From NCBI GenBank assembly GCA_965216565.1, contig OZ244170.1:4736001-4800000 (forward strand): a stretch of 64,000 nucleotides of DNA, written 5' to 3'. Below the pieces are notes generated by a model. It searched no databases and was not told where the DNA came from. It was given only the letters and a program-made list of their open reading frames with translations. This document shows, in pieces, positions 9,321 to 18,506 of the stretch; position 1 is the first letter of the stretch, and each line of letters opens with the position of its first letter. Both the position numbers and the translations under genes were made by a program. Origin of the DNA: Bythopirellula sp. (GTDB lineage Bacteria > Planctomycetota > Planctomycetia > Pirellulales > Lacipirellulaceae).

Positions 9321-11099
9321 TTATGTCCGATCTTGGGTTTGATCATTGCCGGTACGAGAAATCGCATCTTCGAGGAAATAGTTGATGTCCGCTGCTTCGT
9401 CGGCATGAAGCACGTCGTATGCATGAGCCGCGCTGCGAGCGTGGTATAGCTGCTCCCGCAGGTTCACGTCGCGCGTGATCGCCGTGGCAAATGCGGCCAA
9501 GACTTCAAGGTGGCGCTGATGGTCCGACTTGGGCGTGGCCAGCAGCAACACGGCATGAATGGGGCGGCCGTCTGGCGCGCCCAGGTCTAATCCTTTGGAG
9601 CTAATGCCCAAGATCCCTGTTACTGCTTCGCCACTTTCCAAAACAGCGTGAGGTACCATTAACCCTTCAGATAAGCAGGTCGTAGCCTCTTTTTCACGTT
9701 CCAGTACCTTCAGCACAAACTCTTCCTGCTCGACCGAGGGCGTTACTTTCGTTTTGTATAACTGGGCGGCCAGTGAGCGAACCACCTCTTCTTTGGTCGT
9801 CCCAGCGACATTGACAGAAATGTGGTGTTCATCCAGGAAGTCGAGGAGGCGTGGATGAGCTTTGCCAGCTTCGCCGGCTTGAGACAGCGCAAATCGTGCT
9901 CCACTTGGCCCCACAAGCTGATTGATCGCTAAGGCAGCCAAGGCAACTGTAGTAATCGTGGGCGAGATATCGCTTAGCCGCGGATTGTTTTGCACTAAGA
10001 GAATCAAACCAACGGCAACCCCGCCATGGGGAATTAATGCAAGGCCAAGATAGTTTCTTACGCGGTTGGGCACTCCGGCGATCGCCATCGCTGTGTAGGC
10101 GCCTGTGTACTTGCCTACGAACCGAGCAACGAAGTAGAGGAGAACAAGCCCCGTCGCCTGCAGCACTAAAGAGAAGTCTAAGTTCATCCCAGCAAACGTA
10201 TAGAAGGCCGCGAACAATACGCCCCCAATCGAATGCAAGTACGCCTCGGTAGATCGTACTGTGTCGTGGCGAACATTGGACACGGTGATCCCGGCGATGG
10301 TACAAGCCAGAATGCCTGAAGCTTCAAATCCTACGGCTCCGCCCCACGCACCGAGAATAACCGCGACCATCGTAGGTCCCAAGAATGCGGGACTCACCAG
10401 CGTGCGTGTTAATCCCAGGGCAATCAATGCACTCACGGTACCCACGGCCAGGGCGACCCCAAATTCGCGGCCGACGGATATAAGGGCCAAAGGCCAAGTT
10501 TCCTGCCAAGACAGATCTCCACTGCCTCCCTCCACTACAAATGACGCAGCAAAAACGAATGCTCCGACGGCTATCATGTCGATCAACGCTACGGCGGCTA
10601 CTAAAGTGCGGGTGAGGATACCCCGAGCTCGCGCTTCCTGAACCACCAAGATGGTTGTTCCCGGCGCACCCGCAATCGCGATGGCGGCCAGCAGCATGCT
10701 GGTCCGCAGGGTCATTTGCTCTGGGGCCATCCAGCCGCCGATCACGTACATGGCGGCAATAACAATCGAAGGAGTAATTAATGCTTCGCCTAACAGCAGC
10801 AGGCTCAACCTTCCGGTGGAGTTTCGTAAACTGGCAAAGTGCAAAGCAGCCCCGACCGTAAAGGCGATATAGCCCAGCACGAAGCTCATGTACGGGCTGA
10901 ACATGGAAACTGTTTCCGGCGTGAAACCGGTTGTGGAGTTATGGTACGGCGCAAATGCCCGCAGTAAGATTCCAGTGGAAATCCAGCCCGTGACTTTCGG
11001 TAAACGAATCAGTCCAAACAATTCGCCGCCAATGATTCCAGCAACTAGCACAATTGCGAGCTGAAATAGTGGGTCGTGTGGTGAGAATTGGAAATTCAT
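9321..11099 (-). CDS. Cation:proton antiporter fused to PTS EIIA (Ntr/Fru-type) domain
   Basis: About 12 TM N-terminal domain (LPKVTGWI, PHGGVAVGL); C-terminal LERE..TTCL..GLMVPHA and GAPDGRP. Confidence 0.82.
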   Translation of the reverse strand: MNFQFSPHDPLFQLAIVLVAGIIGGELFGLIRLPKVTGWISTGILLRAFAPYHNSTTGFTPETVSMFSPYMSFVLGYIAFTVGAALHFASLRNSTGRLSLLLLGEALITPSIVIAAMYVIGGWMAPEQMTLRTSMLLAAIAIAGAPGTTILVVQEARARGILTRTLVAAVALIDMIAVGAFVFAASFVVEGGSGDLSWQETWPLALISVGREFGVALAVGTVSALIALGLTRTLVSPAFLGPTMVAVILGAWGGAVGFEASGILACTIAGITVSNVRHDTVRSTEAYLHSIGGVLFAAFYTFAGMNLDFSLVLQATGLVLLYFVARFVGKYTGAYTAMAIAGVPNRVRNYLGLALIPHGGVAVGLILLVQNNPRLSDISPTITTVALAALAINQLVGPSGARFALSQAGEAGKAHPRLLDFLDEHHISVNVAGTTKEEVVRSLAAQLYKTKVTPSVEQEEFVLKVLEREKEATTCLSEGLMVPHAVLESGEAVTGILGISSKGLDLGAPDGRPIHAVLLLATPKSDHQRHLEVLAAFATAITRDVNLREQLYHARSAAHAYDVLHADEAADINYFLEDAISRTGNDQTQDRT

Positions 11100-11892
11100 A
11101 TCGGAGTATCATCAATCCTAATTGCGTTCTGTAACTCTAGCTAACGCCCTACATCTTTAGACTAAAACATAGTGGGCGTTCGCCATGCGAAGTCATTGGT
11201 CCGCGAATACCCTCTGACTGGGCACTTCGAACGGAGATGACGAATTTTATCGCCCAATACGGTCAAGCCAATCTCCCCAAGCGTCTCGGCCCTGAGCCGG
11301 GAATTCCCTCTCGGATCGGCCGAAAACGCTCCGGTTCAGTTGGGTTCCCATTGTAGTCACTGCGTCTCGTCATGTCTGTTGTGTGGAGATTGTTGGACAT
11401 ATTTCTTGTGTCTGGATGGGCTAACGGGTGAAGTGGTCTCTTGCCGGAATCAAGTTCGAACGCGGCGCAGCCTAGCAAGTTGGAGGAATCGTCCAGGCAG
11501 GCCGATCGCAGTTGTTGCTTCGTGTTCTCTTTCGTTCAATCCTTTATTACGTCTGCGGTCTAGTCCTTTATTAGCTTGCCCGGTTGTAGAGGAATGTCTG
11601 CTACTGAGCGGACGATACCTTCCGTATTGCGTTCAGCCATGTTGAGCAGGCAGATTCCTTTTGCGATCGCATTTCGGAGAAATCCTAGGAATCGTCTCCC
11701 CTTTTCGTTCCCAGTATCAAACATTTTCAATTTTGGTAGCCAACGGCCCGGGAGTCCCTCGGCAGGCAGATATCTTCGACAATTGCATTGGTCAAGGCAA
11801 TTGCAGTTACCATCTTAGCGAGACAGTCGAATTCTGCTGCTTTCCCTGGCGGGAATTGCCGAATAGAATAGCATATCTGCAAACGCATCTCA

Positions 11893-12250
11893 GGGGGCGA
11901 ACAGGGTTCGACCGGATACTTGAAGCGTAGGTGGCGTGTCGTGGTTGATCAGTGGGCCACGTAAAAAGCTGATCACATTTTTAGTTGCCAATGGCAATTA
12001 TGCTTTGGCTGCCTAAATAAAGGCTGCCCGGACTAGAGGCTGCTGTCGCGGTGGCCTGGACGTCCGTCACCAATCGCGACTCGCTGTCTGTCATTGCTGA
12101 GCACGCAGGCAGCTAAATTAGTTCTTGGCTAGCCATCCTCTAACCTGGTCGACTGGGTGATTGGATGTGCGAAATTAAACCAGACGACTACACACGTAGA
12201 GGCTTGCGTGGAGATGTCACGGGACGCGGGTTCGATTCCCGCCGCCTCCA
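11893..12250 (+). ncRNA. ssrA: tmRNA; tag peptide (A)ANGNYALAA at 11987-12016
   Basis: 5' GGGGGCG pairs with 3' CGCCTCC-A including the G3:U alanine determinant; T-arm GCGGGTTCGATTCCCGC; TAGTT then GCC resume codon, tag ends YALAA-stop; CCA not fully encoded. Confidence 0.96.
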
Positions 12251-12388
12251 CTTTTAGTTTATTACAGAATGAGCTGTCTATTCAATTGCTTAAGTAGCTT
12301 CTCAAGAGTCTATCTATTAATGTATCTGTAGGCAGAGTATTCACTGGTAATTCCATAAATCTGATATGGTTTGTAGAAAAGGTAGTTC

Positions 12389-12892
12389 ATGACGATTATT
12401 AAGCATTGGAGGCGATTGTTTTTTGTCTCTCCGGCACTTCTATTGATTAGCCTTTGCGCAGGCCTGTGGGCAATTTCAAACCTCACTGCGGCCCCCATTA
12501 GCGCTTTTAAGAAAAACTTGAGTTCTAAGCCTATTGTTCGATCGGCTGCCTATGTGCCCCAAACAGTGGCGGCTTACGTTGTGCGTCTTGATCCGGATAA
12601 CAAAGAAAGCACACCGACTGTAATCTTAGTTGGCCAACTTGTAGCAGACGTAGTAATGCCCGGGGAGTCAGAGGCTGCTAAGGTGAAAGCTCTCGGATAC
12701 ATGTACGTTACAGAGAATAATCTCCATGAGTTTCCAACGGCCGAGGAAATTGCAAAAAAGGATCGCATGGAATGCCACGCAATTGACACTCTCGATATGC
12801 CAAAGGCTCTTAGGCAACTTAGGAAGGTTTATGCAGATGCACATGGTGTTCCTGTCGCGGAACTAAATCTTGTAAATCGATCAGAGCCTTAG
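12389..12892 (+). CDS. Hypothetical exported protein in AT-richer segment after ssrA
   Basis: 167-aa ORF with N-terminal hydrophobic segment; no family recognised. Confidence 0.55.
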   Translation: MTIIKHWRRLFFVSPALLLISLCAGLWAISNLTAAPISAFKKNLSSKPIVRSAAYVPQTVAAYVVRLDPDNKESTPTVILVGQLVADVVMPGESEAAKVKALGYMYVTENNLHEFPTAEEIAKKDRMECHAIDTLDMPKALRQLRKVYADAHGVPVAELNLVNRSEP

Positions 12893-13013
12893 GTAATCCT
12901 ATAAAATGCAGAGCTCCGTGCGATATCTTGAGAGGTGGGAAAAATTTTAGCCGCACCGCTCTCAACCAATCTCTAACGTGTCTTTTCAAAGTTGAATTGC
13001 GGTTATTGCGTTT

Positions 13014-13439
13014 TCAAAGGCACATCCAGCACACCAACACGCCTCGAAGGCTCCAGGCGAATGTTCGTACCCAGTTGGTCGTGACTAGTTTGCGATGTAC
13101 TCCGGAGTCGAAGCCGGTGTCCAATGCCCGGTGGGCTGGCATTTGCCAGAAGATTGTTGAGAGCCAGATTGCGAATACTAGCGCGAGTCCTCCGGCATTC
13201 AAAGCCCAAGGAATCTCCTTAGGCTGTAGCCAGAACAGCCAACCCGCGACTGCGGCCTCTGTGAGCATCGGCACTGCCACTACGATCGAAGTCAGCGATT
13301 GATGGCGTCGCTCGTACTCTGCAAATCTGTCTTCACCCACGTTGGCCATCAAGGGGTAGTGCACCACCTGGACAAACCAGATTAACCCACACATAAATAG
13401 AGTTGAGACAAGCTGCAGTAGCAGAAGCGTATCAATCAT
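13014..13439 (-). CDS. Small membrane protein (DUF1772-like)
   Basis: Start reset to MIDTLLL; GLIWFVQVVHYP and TNWVRT..W motifs; 4 TM. Confidence 0.7.
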   Translation of the reverse strand: MIDTLLLLQLVSTLFMCGLIWFVQVVHYPLMANVGEDRFAEYERRHQSLTSIVVAVPMLTEAAVAGWLFWLQPKEIPWALNAGGLALVFAIWLSTIFWQMPAHRALDTGFDSGVHRKLVTTNWVRTFAWSLRGVLVCWMCL

Positions 13440-13446
13440 CGCAGGC

Positions 13447-13860
13447 TCAACGATCGGTCTTGCGGGCACGAAATGCGGCATACAAGATAGCCGTGAATGG
13501 AATCCACCAAATGAGATCATTGGTGAGCAAAGTAACGCCAAACCGCAATGGCAACTCGCCATGGTACAGGGCCGAGGCAAATCCGATGGGGCCGAATATT
13601 TTGCCCAGTAACCCAACCAGTGTGATGGGCCAGTGCGTCAGAGGAGCGTTAGCTGCGATGAGGTAGCCTATCCCATAGACTCCCACAATCATCCCCACGC
13701 ACTGCCAGATTTGAGGATAACGGGGCGGCTCAATTTGAGAAAACTCAAATAGAGCGTTCGGAAACGCAATCACCGCAAGGCCCCAGACCAAGTTGTAGAT
13801 GCCTGCCCCAATCAGCACATAGCGCATCCATGGGCGTGCAGGTTCTTGGAGGGTATTCAT
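13447..13860 (-). CDS. Conserved 4-TM membrane protein
   Basis: QIWQCVGMIVGVYGIGY, HWPITLVGLLGKIFGPIGF, NDLIWWIPF. Confidence 0.7.
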   Translation of the reverse strand: MNTLQEPARPWMRYVLIGAGIYNLVWGLAVIAFPNALFEFSQIEPPRYPQIWQCVGMIVGVYGIGYLIAANAPLTHWPITLVGLLGKIFGPIGFASALYHGELPLRFGVTLLTNDLIWWIPFTAILYAAFRARKTDR

Positions 13861-13872
13861 AGCAGAAGCGGC

Positions 13873-14904
13873 TTACTTTGATCCGTGCGCCGGGTGTTCA
13901 AATCGTCCAAAGACCATGCGTCCCGCACTCGTTTGCAGCACGCTAGTAACATTGGCGACGACGAGCTGGTTCACATATTCGCTCCCATCTTCGATCACGA
14001 CCATCGTTCCATCTTCTAGATAGCCAACGCCTTGGCCTGGCTCTTCGCCGACTTTGATTACTCGTACCTCCAGCATTTCACCTGGCAGGAAGACAGGTTT
14101 CAAGGCATTCGAGAGGTCGTTGAGATTGATCACCCCCACCTCGTGCAGCTTGGCAACTTTGTTGAGGTTGTAATCATTGGTGACGACTTTGCCATCGAGG
14201 TGCTTGGCCAGCAGGACCAGCTTTTGATCGACGCTCTGGCCACTAAACTGGGGCAATTCGCGATCGTAGACTACCAAATCGGTCTTGGGATCGCTGCGGA
14301 GGCGATTCAATATGTCGAGGCCCCGTCGTCCGCGGCCGCGCTTCAGTCGATCGCTCGAATCGGCAATCGCCTGCAGTTCTGCAATGGCAAACTGAGGCAT
14401 AATCAGCTGATTGTCGATTACGCGTGTCTCAACCACATCGGCAATGCGGCCATCGATGACGACACTCGTATCAAGGACGTATGGCTTGAGTCCTTTGATT
14501 TCCTTGGCGAATTCTACGTAGGGAATGATAAACCGAAAATCGTCTTTTGTTTGCAGGAGGACGCTGATGCAGGTGTAGCACACCACTGTGGCTAACGCCA
14601 GATTGATCCACTCGACGAGCCAAGCCGGCTCAGTTGGCAATAGTGGGGACAGCGCAATTTGCAACACGTAGGTCAAGAACAGACCGATCACGATACCAAA
14701 ATAGAATGCAGTGATGGTATCGAGCCGCTTGCGTTTAATTAACCAATCGCCGAGCAGTACGGCAAAGGCAAGTACCAAGACACCAATAAACGCCAGCCAA
14801 GGAAGTAGGGCGTTCTCACTGCGCAACGCGTCGGTTTGTAGTAGTTGAAAACCAAGCGTAATTGCGAGCATCAAGAAGACACAACGCAGAATAACTAAGG
14901 CCAT
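13873..14904 (-). CDS. Membrane PIN/TRAM domain protein (YacL family)
   Basis: 4 TM, LDTSVVIDGRI, RGRRGLDIL, TNDYNLNKVA, GVGYLEDGTMVVIE, QTSAGRMVF. Confidence 0.92.
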   Translation of the reverse strand: MALVILRCVFLMLAITLGFQLLQTDALRSENALLPWLAFIGVLVLAFAVLLGDWLIKRKRLDTITAFYFGIVIGLFLTYVLQIALSPLLPTEPAWLVEWINLALATVVCYTCISVLLQTKDDFRFIIPYVEFAKEIKGLKPYVLDTSVVIDGRIADVVETRVIDNQLIMPQFAIAELQAIADSSDRLKRGRGRRGLDILNRLRSDPKTDLVVYDRELPQFSGQSVDQKLVLLAKHLDGKVVTNDYNLNKVAKLHEVGVINLNDLSNALKPVFLPGEMLEVRVIKVGEEPGQGVGYLEDGTMVVIEDGSEYVNQLVVANVTSVLQTSAGRMVFGRFEHPAHGSK

Positions 14905-15151
14905 GATAGGATGTATGGTGAGGGTAGGTAGGGGAAGGGAACTCATCCTCGATAATGATGAATTCCCCGGATGGATTCAGGGATGGATGATGGATAGGGA
15001 AAGATAATCGTTGGTGCCCCTCAACAACTCCATCTTATCAAGCGGACTTGGTAAAGTCAGCCCTGGCAACTGCCAGATTTCGGATGATGTGCCTCTCCTG
15101 AGATGGGAGAAAGGGCTTATCTGGCTTGAAACACGGCGGGTCCAATCTATC

Positions 15152-16243
15152 TCACATATTGCGGTGAGTTTCCCAGGCGAAGCGGTCTGTCATGTTGGCC
15201 AGATAGTCGCAGGTGCTCCGCACGGCTCCTTCCGCAGTGATCTGCTGAGCGTATTTTTCAGGTAAGCTCTCAGGCTCTTTGATGTGACGATCAAATAGCT
15301 CCTGAAGTACAGCGCAGGCTGTGTCTCTCTCTTCTAAGACCGTCTTGTGCCGATAGACATGTCGAAATAGAAACCTCTCCAATTCCGTCTTCTGCTCTGT
15401 GTACTCATCAGACGGAGTTGCTAATTTTGCGTCGTGTTCGACGACCTGGGCTGTACTTTTGATCGCCGACTCTTGGAGTCGCATCTGAGTGGCACGAATG
15501 ATATCGCTGACTAGCGTCTCGATTAACTGGTGGATAACGGCGCGACGAAAATCCTCGGCACCGAGGTTCGTGTATCGCGATTCGACCTGCTGTGCTGCTT
15601 CTTTCCAAAGGGGGACGGCCAATAGCTCGTCGAATTCCAGCAGGCCCAACTCCAGTGCGTCATCCGCATCGTGTGTGTCGTAAGCAATGCTGTCAGCCGC
15701 ATCGACCACTTGTGCTTCAAGCAGCGGTTGATTGTCGGGGTGTGTCTGCCCTTTGACTCGTCGTCGTTGACTGGCGAGCACCTCGGCCGAAAGATTTAGC
15801 CCAGGGAATTCCGGATAGCGATTTTCCAGCAAAGTAACAATCCGCAGTGCTTGACCATTGTGATTGAATCCGCCGCAGCCCTGGCAGCACAGATCGAGAA
15901 CTTCTTCGCCAGCGTGGCCAAAGGGGGGGTGGCCGATATCGTGCATCAGAGCGAGAGCTTCGATCAAATCTTCATTGAGGTTCAAAGCACGTCCGATCGT
16001 CCGCGCAATGGATGCAACCTCTAGGGTGTGTGTGAGGCGCGAACGATGGTAATCGCCCATGTGGCCGGTGAATACTTGTGTCTTGTGAGCCAGTCTTCGG
16101 AATGCGCTGCTGTGGACAATGCGATCTCTATCGCGACCAAAGGGGCCCCGGTAGGGATGATCGGTCTCTGGGAATTGGCGACCTGCCGTTTCCCGAGGGT
16201 CCATAGCATAGGGGGCGAGATTCAATAGTTGTGTTTGGTCCAT
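15152..16243 (-). CDS. dgt: dGTP triphosphohydrolase-like HD protein
   Basis: RDRDRIVHSSAFRRLAHKTQVF, RSRLTHTLEV, HDIGHPPFGHAGE; ATG 16243 overlaps the HIT stop. Confidence 0.92.
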   Translation of the reverse strand: MDQTQLLNLAPYAMDPRETAGRQFPETDHPYRGPFGRDRDRIVHSSAFRRLAHKTQVFTGHMGDYHRSRLTHTLEVASIARTIGRALNLNEDLIEALALMHDIGHPPFGHAGEEVLDLCCQGCGGFNHNGQALRIVTLLENRYPEFPGLNLSAEVLASQRRRVKGQTHPDNQPLLEAQVVDAADSIAYDTHDADDALELGLLEFDELLAVPLWKEAAQQVESRYTNLGAEDFRRAVIHQLIETLVSDIIRATQMRLQESAIKSTAQVVEHDAKLATPSDEYTEQKTELERFLFRHVYRHKTVLEERDTACAVLQELFDRHIKEPESLPEKYAQQITAEGAVRSTCDYLANMTDRFAWETHRNM

Positions 16244-16797
16244 CAGTTGTCTTCGAAAGGGGCGTCTTCCGCCAATGATTGCCAAATCGCGTCGAGGGAT
16301 TGAGAGATCATCCGCGTCCCAGCCAGCGTCGGCATGAAATTGTTGTCGCCGTGCCAGCGTGGTACGAGGTGCCAATGCAGGTGACCCGGCACACCGGCGC
16401 CCGCTACACGACCCAGGTTCAATCCGATGTTGAAGCCCTGAGCATTGATTTTCTTCGCAAGCACTTGGCTAAAATGCCCCAGCATTTCCATCCCCTCAAG
16501 GTGCTCTGCGGAGGAAAGATTGTGCAGCTCTCCCGAATGACGCAGCGGCGATACCAGCAGATGTCCGTTCGTGTAGGGATACTTGTTGAGCACCACCATC
16601 ATCTGGCTGCCAATAGAGACGACTAGGTTTTGCCGACGTGCTGCGGCATCGTCTTCAAATTCGGCCGCGGCCTGGCACAGAAAGCAGGAAGGCTCTGCGC
16701 CCTCTCGCAGGGACGTCGGCTGCTGGTTGGGTTCGGACGCATTATCACCCTTGATATATCCGATGCGCCATGGTGCCCAAAGTCGCTGTTGATCCAC
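16243..16797 (-). CDS. HIT family nucleotide hydrolase/phosphorylase
   Basis: LWAPWR, NKYPYTNGHLLV, GFNIGLNLG.AGAG, HLHWHLVPRW. Confidence 0.92.
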   Translation of the reverse strand: MDQQRLWAPWRIGYIKGDNASEPNQQPTSLREGAEPSCFLCQAAAEFEDDAAARRQNLVVSIGSQMMVVLNKYPYTNGHLLVSPLRHSGELHNLSSAEHLEGMEMLGHFSQVLAKKINAQGFNIGLNLGRVAGAGVPGHLHWHLVPRWHGDNNFMPTLAGTRMISQSLDAIWQSLAEDAPFEDN

Positions 16798-16974
16798 TTC
16801 GCAATTCCTAGGAAATAAGCACTGAGGTTGTCAAAGGATAGTGAACTGGCCCGCCATAATATTCGGTGGCCAATTATTCTGCTATGCTGGTTTCTGACTG
16901 GAATTATAGGAAGCCCCTTCCATCAGGGGCCCCATTCCTACAGAGGCTAAGTTCCGATTAGTGAGCAAGAGACT

Positions 16975-17643
16975 ATGGCTGCCAATAAACCTGTTGAGAC
17001 GCTGATTCCGCCGCGATATATGTTCCGATTTGCGGTGGACATACACCACTGCAAACCGATTTGGTCCCCGAAAGGTGTGTCGCTCGGTGAACAATATCAA
17101 TTGCCAAATCTAGGGCAGTTGGATCAAGATCGGGCGTTTGCTGAGGTCCGGATGGCTTGGTCGCCGGAAGGGGTGGCGTGGTGGGTGCGAGTCGAAGACA
17201 AACTACAGGTGCCCTGGTGCCGCGAATCGAGACTCGAAGAGAGCGACGGCTTGCACGTTTGGATCGATACTCGCGCCACAACGAATGTCCACCGTGCGAC
17301 GCGCTTTTGTCACCGGTTTGTGTTCTTGCCCGCCGGCGGAGGGCGCGATGCGCAGCAACCGGTCGCTGATCAGTTGTTGATCAATCGGGCACGAGAGAAT
17401 GCCAGGCCCGTCCGTGCCAGAGAATTACAAGTTGCAAGTCGCGTGACGAAGTCGAATTACGAACTGTCCGCGTTTGCTCCGGCCGAGGCGCTGGGTGGCT
17501 TCGATCCAAGTAGTCAGCCGCGGTTAAGCTTTACTTATGCCATTGTCGACCGCGAGCGGGGACTGCAAACATTTTCTGCTGGACCAGGAATTCCGTACGA
17601 AGAAGATCCAAGCTGCTGGGCCGAGGCCCATTTAGTGGAGTGA
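16975..17643 (+). CDS. DOMON/CBM9-like hypothetical protein
   Basis: VRMAWSPEG, DGLHVWIDTR, FTYAIVD pattern typical of CBM9-like beta sandwiches. Confidence 0.55.
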   Translation: MAANKPVETLIPPRYMFRFAVDIHHCKPIWSPKGVSLGEQYQLPNLGQLDQDRAFAEVRMAWSPEGVAWWVRVEDKLQVPWCRESRLEESDGLHVWIDTRATTNVHRATRFCHRFVFLPAGGGRDAQQPVADQLLINRARENARPVRARELQVASRVTKSNYELSAFAPAEALGGFDPSSQPRLSFTYAIVDRERGLQTFSAGPGIPYEEDPSCWAEAHLVE

Positions 17644-17655
17644 AAATTCTAGAAT

Positions 17656-17688
17656 AAAAAAACCCGCCAACCGAAGTCAGCGGGTTTT
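17656..17688 (-). terminator. Rho-independent terminator (possibly bidirectional)
   Basis: Minus strand CCCGCTGAC-TTCG-GTTGGCGGG followed by T7; lies between convergent genes. Confidence 0.85.
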
Positions 17689-17717
17689 GAATGATCTTAC
17701 TCGGACTGACGCACTGT

Positions 17718-18206
17718 TTAGACGAGCAATTCTTCGTCATCTTCGTGGTCGTCATCTTTCTCGCACTCGCCACAGTGGGCTAGCAACTCTTCTTCGTCGC
17801 CGTCGTCGTCCTTTTCGCACTCACCACAGTGGGCTAGCAACTCTTCTTCGTCGCCATCGTCGTCCTTCTCGCACTCACCACAGTGGGCTAGCAACTCTTC
17901 TTCGTCGCCGTCGTCGTCCTTTTCGCACTCACCACAATGGGCCAGAAGCTCTTCTTCGTCGCCATCGTCGTCTTTTTCGCACTCACCACAGTGGGCTAGC
18001 AACTCTTCTTCGTCGCCATCGTCGTCCTTCTCGCACTCACCGCAATGGGCTAGCAACTCTTCTTCGTCGCCATCGTCGTCCTTTTCGCACTCACCACAAT
18101 GAGCATAGGTGTCGAGGGTTTCGTCGCTGACGGACAGGTCGTTATTGCCAAATGCAAAAAGAGCTAGCAAAGACAAGCCAAAGATAGATGTGATCAATTT
18201 CTTCAT
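17718..18206 (-). CDS. Secreted acidic tandem-repeat protein, 7 x HCGECEKDDDGDEEELLA
   Basis: GGAG RBS, MKK-hydrophobic signal peptide, 6 identical plus 1 variant unit, synonymous-only DNA variation, own terminator. Confidence 0.88.
   Translation of the reverse strand: MKKLITSIFGLSLLALFAFGNNDLSVSDETLDTYAHCGECEKDDDGDEEELLAHCGECEKDDDGDEEELLAHCGECEKDDDGDEEELLAHCGECEKDDDGDEEELLAHCGECEKDDDGDEEELLAHCGECEKDDDGDEEELLAHCGECEKDDDHEDDEELLV
17721..18101 (-). repeat. Coding tandem repeat, 54-bp unit, 7 copies
   Basis: Unit visible directly, e.g. tcgcactcaccacagtgggctagcaactcttcttcgtcgccatcgtcgtcctt on the plus strand. Confidence 0.95.
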
Positions 18207-18506
18207 CGAATTGGACTCCCTAATAATTGTTTACGAGAACCCTGTTCTCGAATGGTAGGCGAATGCACCAGTGGCTCTTGAACGTGGTTCTAGGTGACCT
18301 CGGTTCGCACGTCTAAGCCTAACGAATAGCTTGTATTATATCGACTCGACTGAGCCGCCAAGGTGAAAAGCAATACAGTTTTCCGAAAGAGTTTTGAGAA
18401 ATCTCGTTGAAATTCGGTCGGAACTCATCTCCCCTTCTGGCCTTGGGGTTCAAGTTGTAAGGCGAAACGTTCTAGACACTTGCCGAAAACGTCCATAAAA
18501 GGACCC

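Noticed and set aside
11893..12250. tRNA-Ala
   Set aside because: The acceptor halves are about 350 nt apart and enclose a tag ORF, so this is tmRNA
14905..15002. GGA-rich cluster as a CsrA-sponge sRNA
   Set aside because: The GGA motifs are antisense to the flanking genes, and I found no plus-strand promoter or terminator; more simply a pyrimidine-rich leader
17721..18101. 54-bp repeat as a CRISPR array, or as the Arg-rich plus-strand ORF 17687-18130
   Set aside because: No unique spacers and no cas genes; the variation is synonymous in the minus-strand frame, which also has the RBS, signal peptide and terminator
17718..18206. Multiheme cytochrome c
   Set aside because: The motif is HCxxCE, not CxxCH
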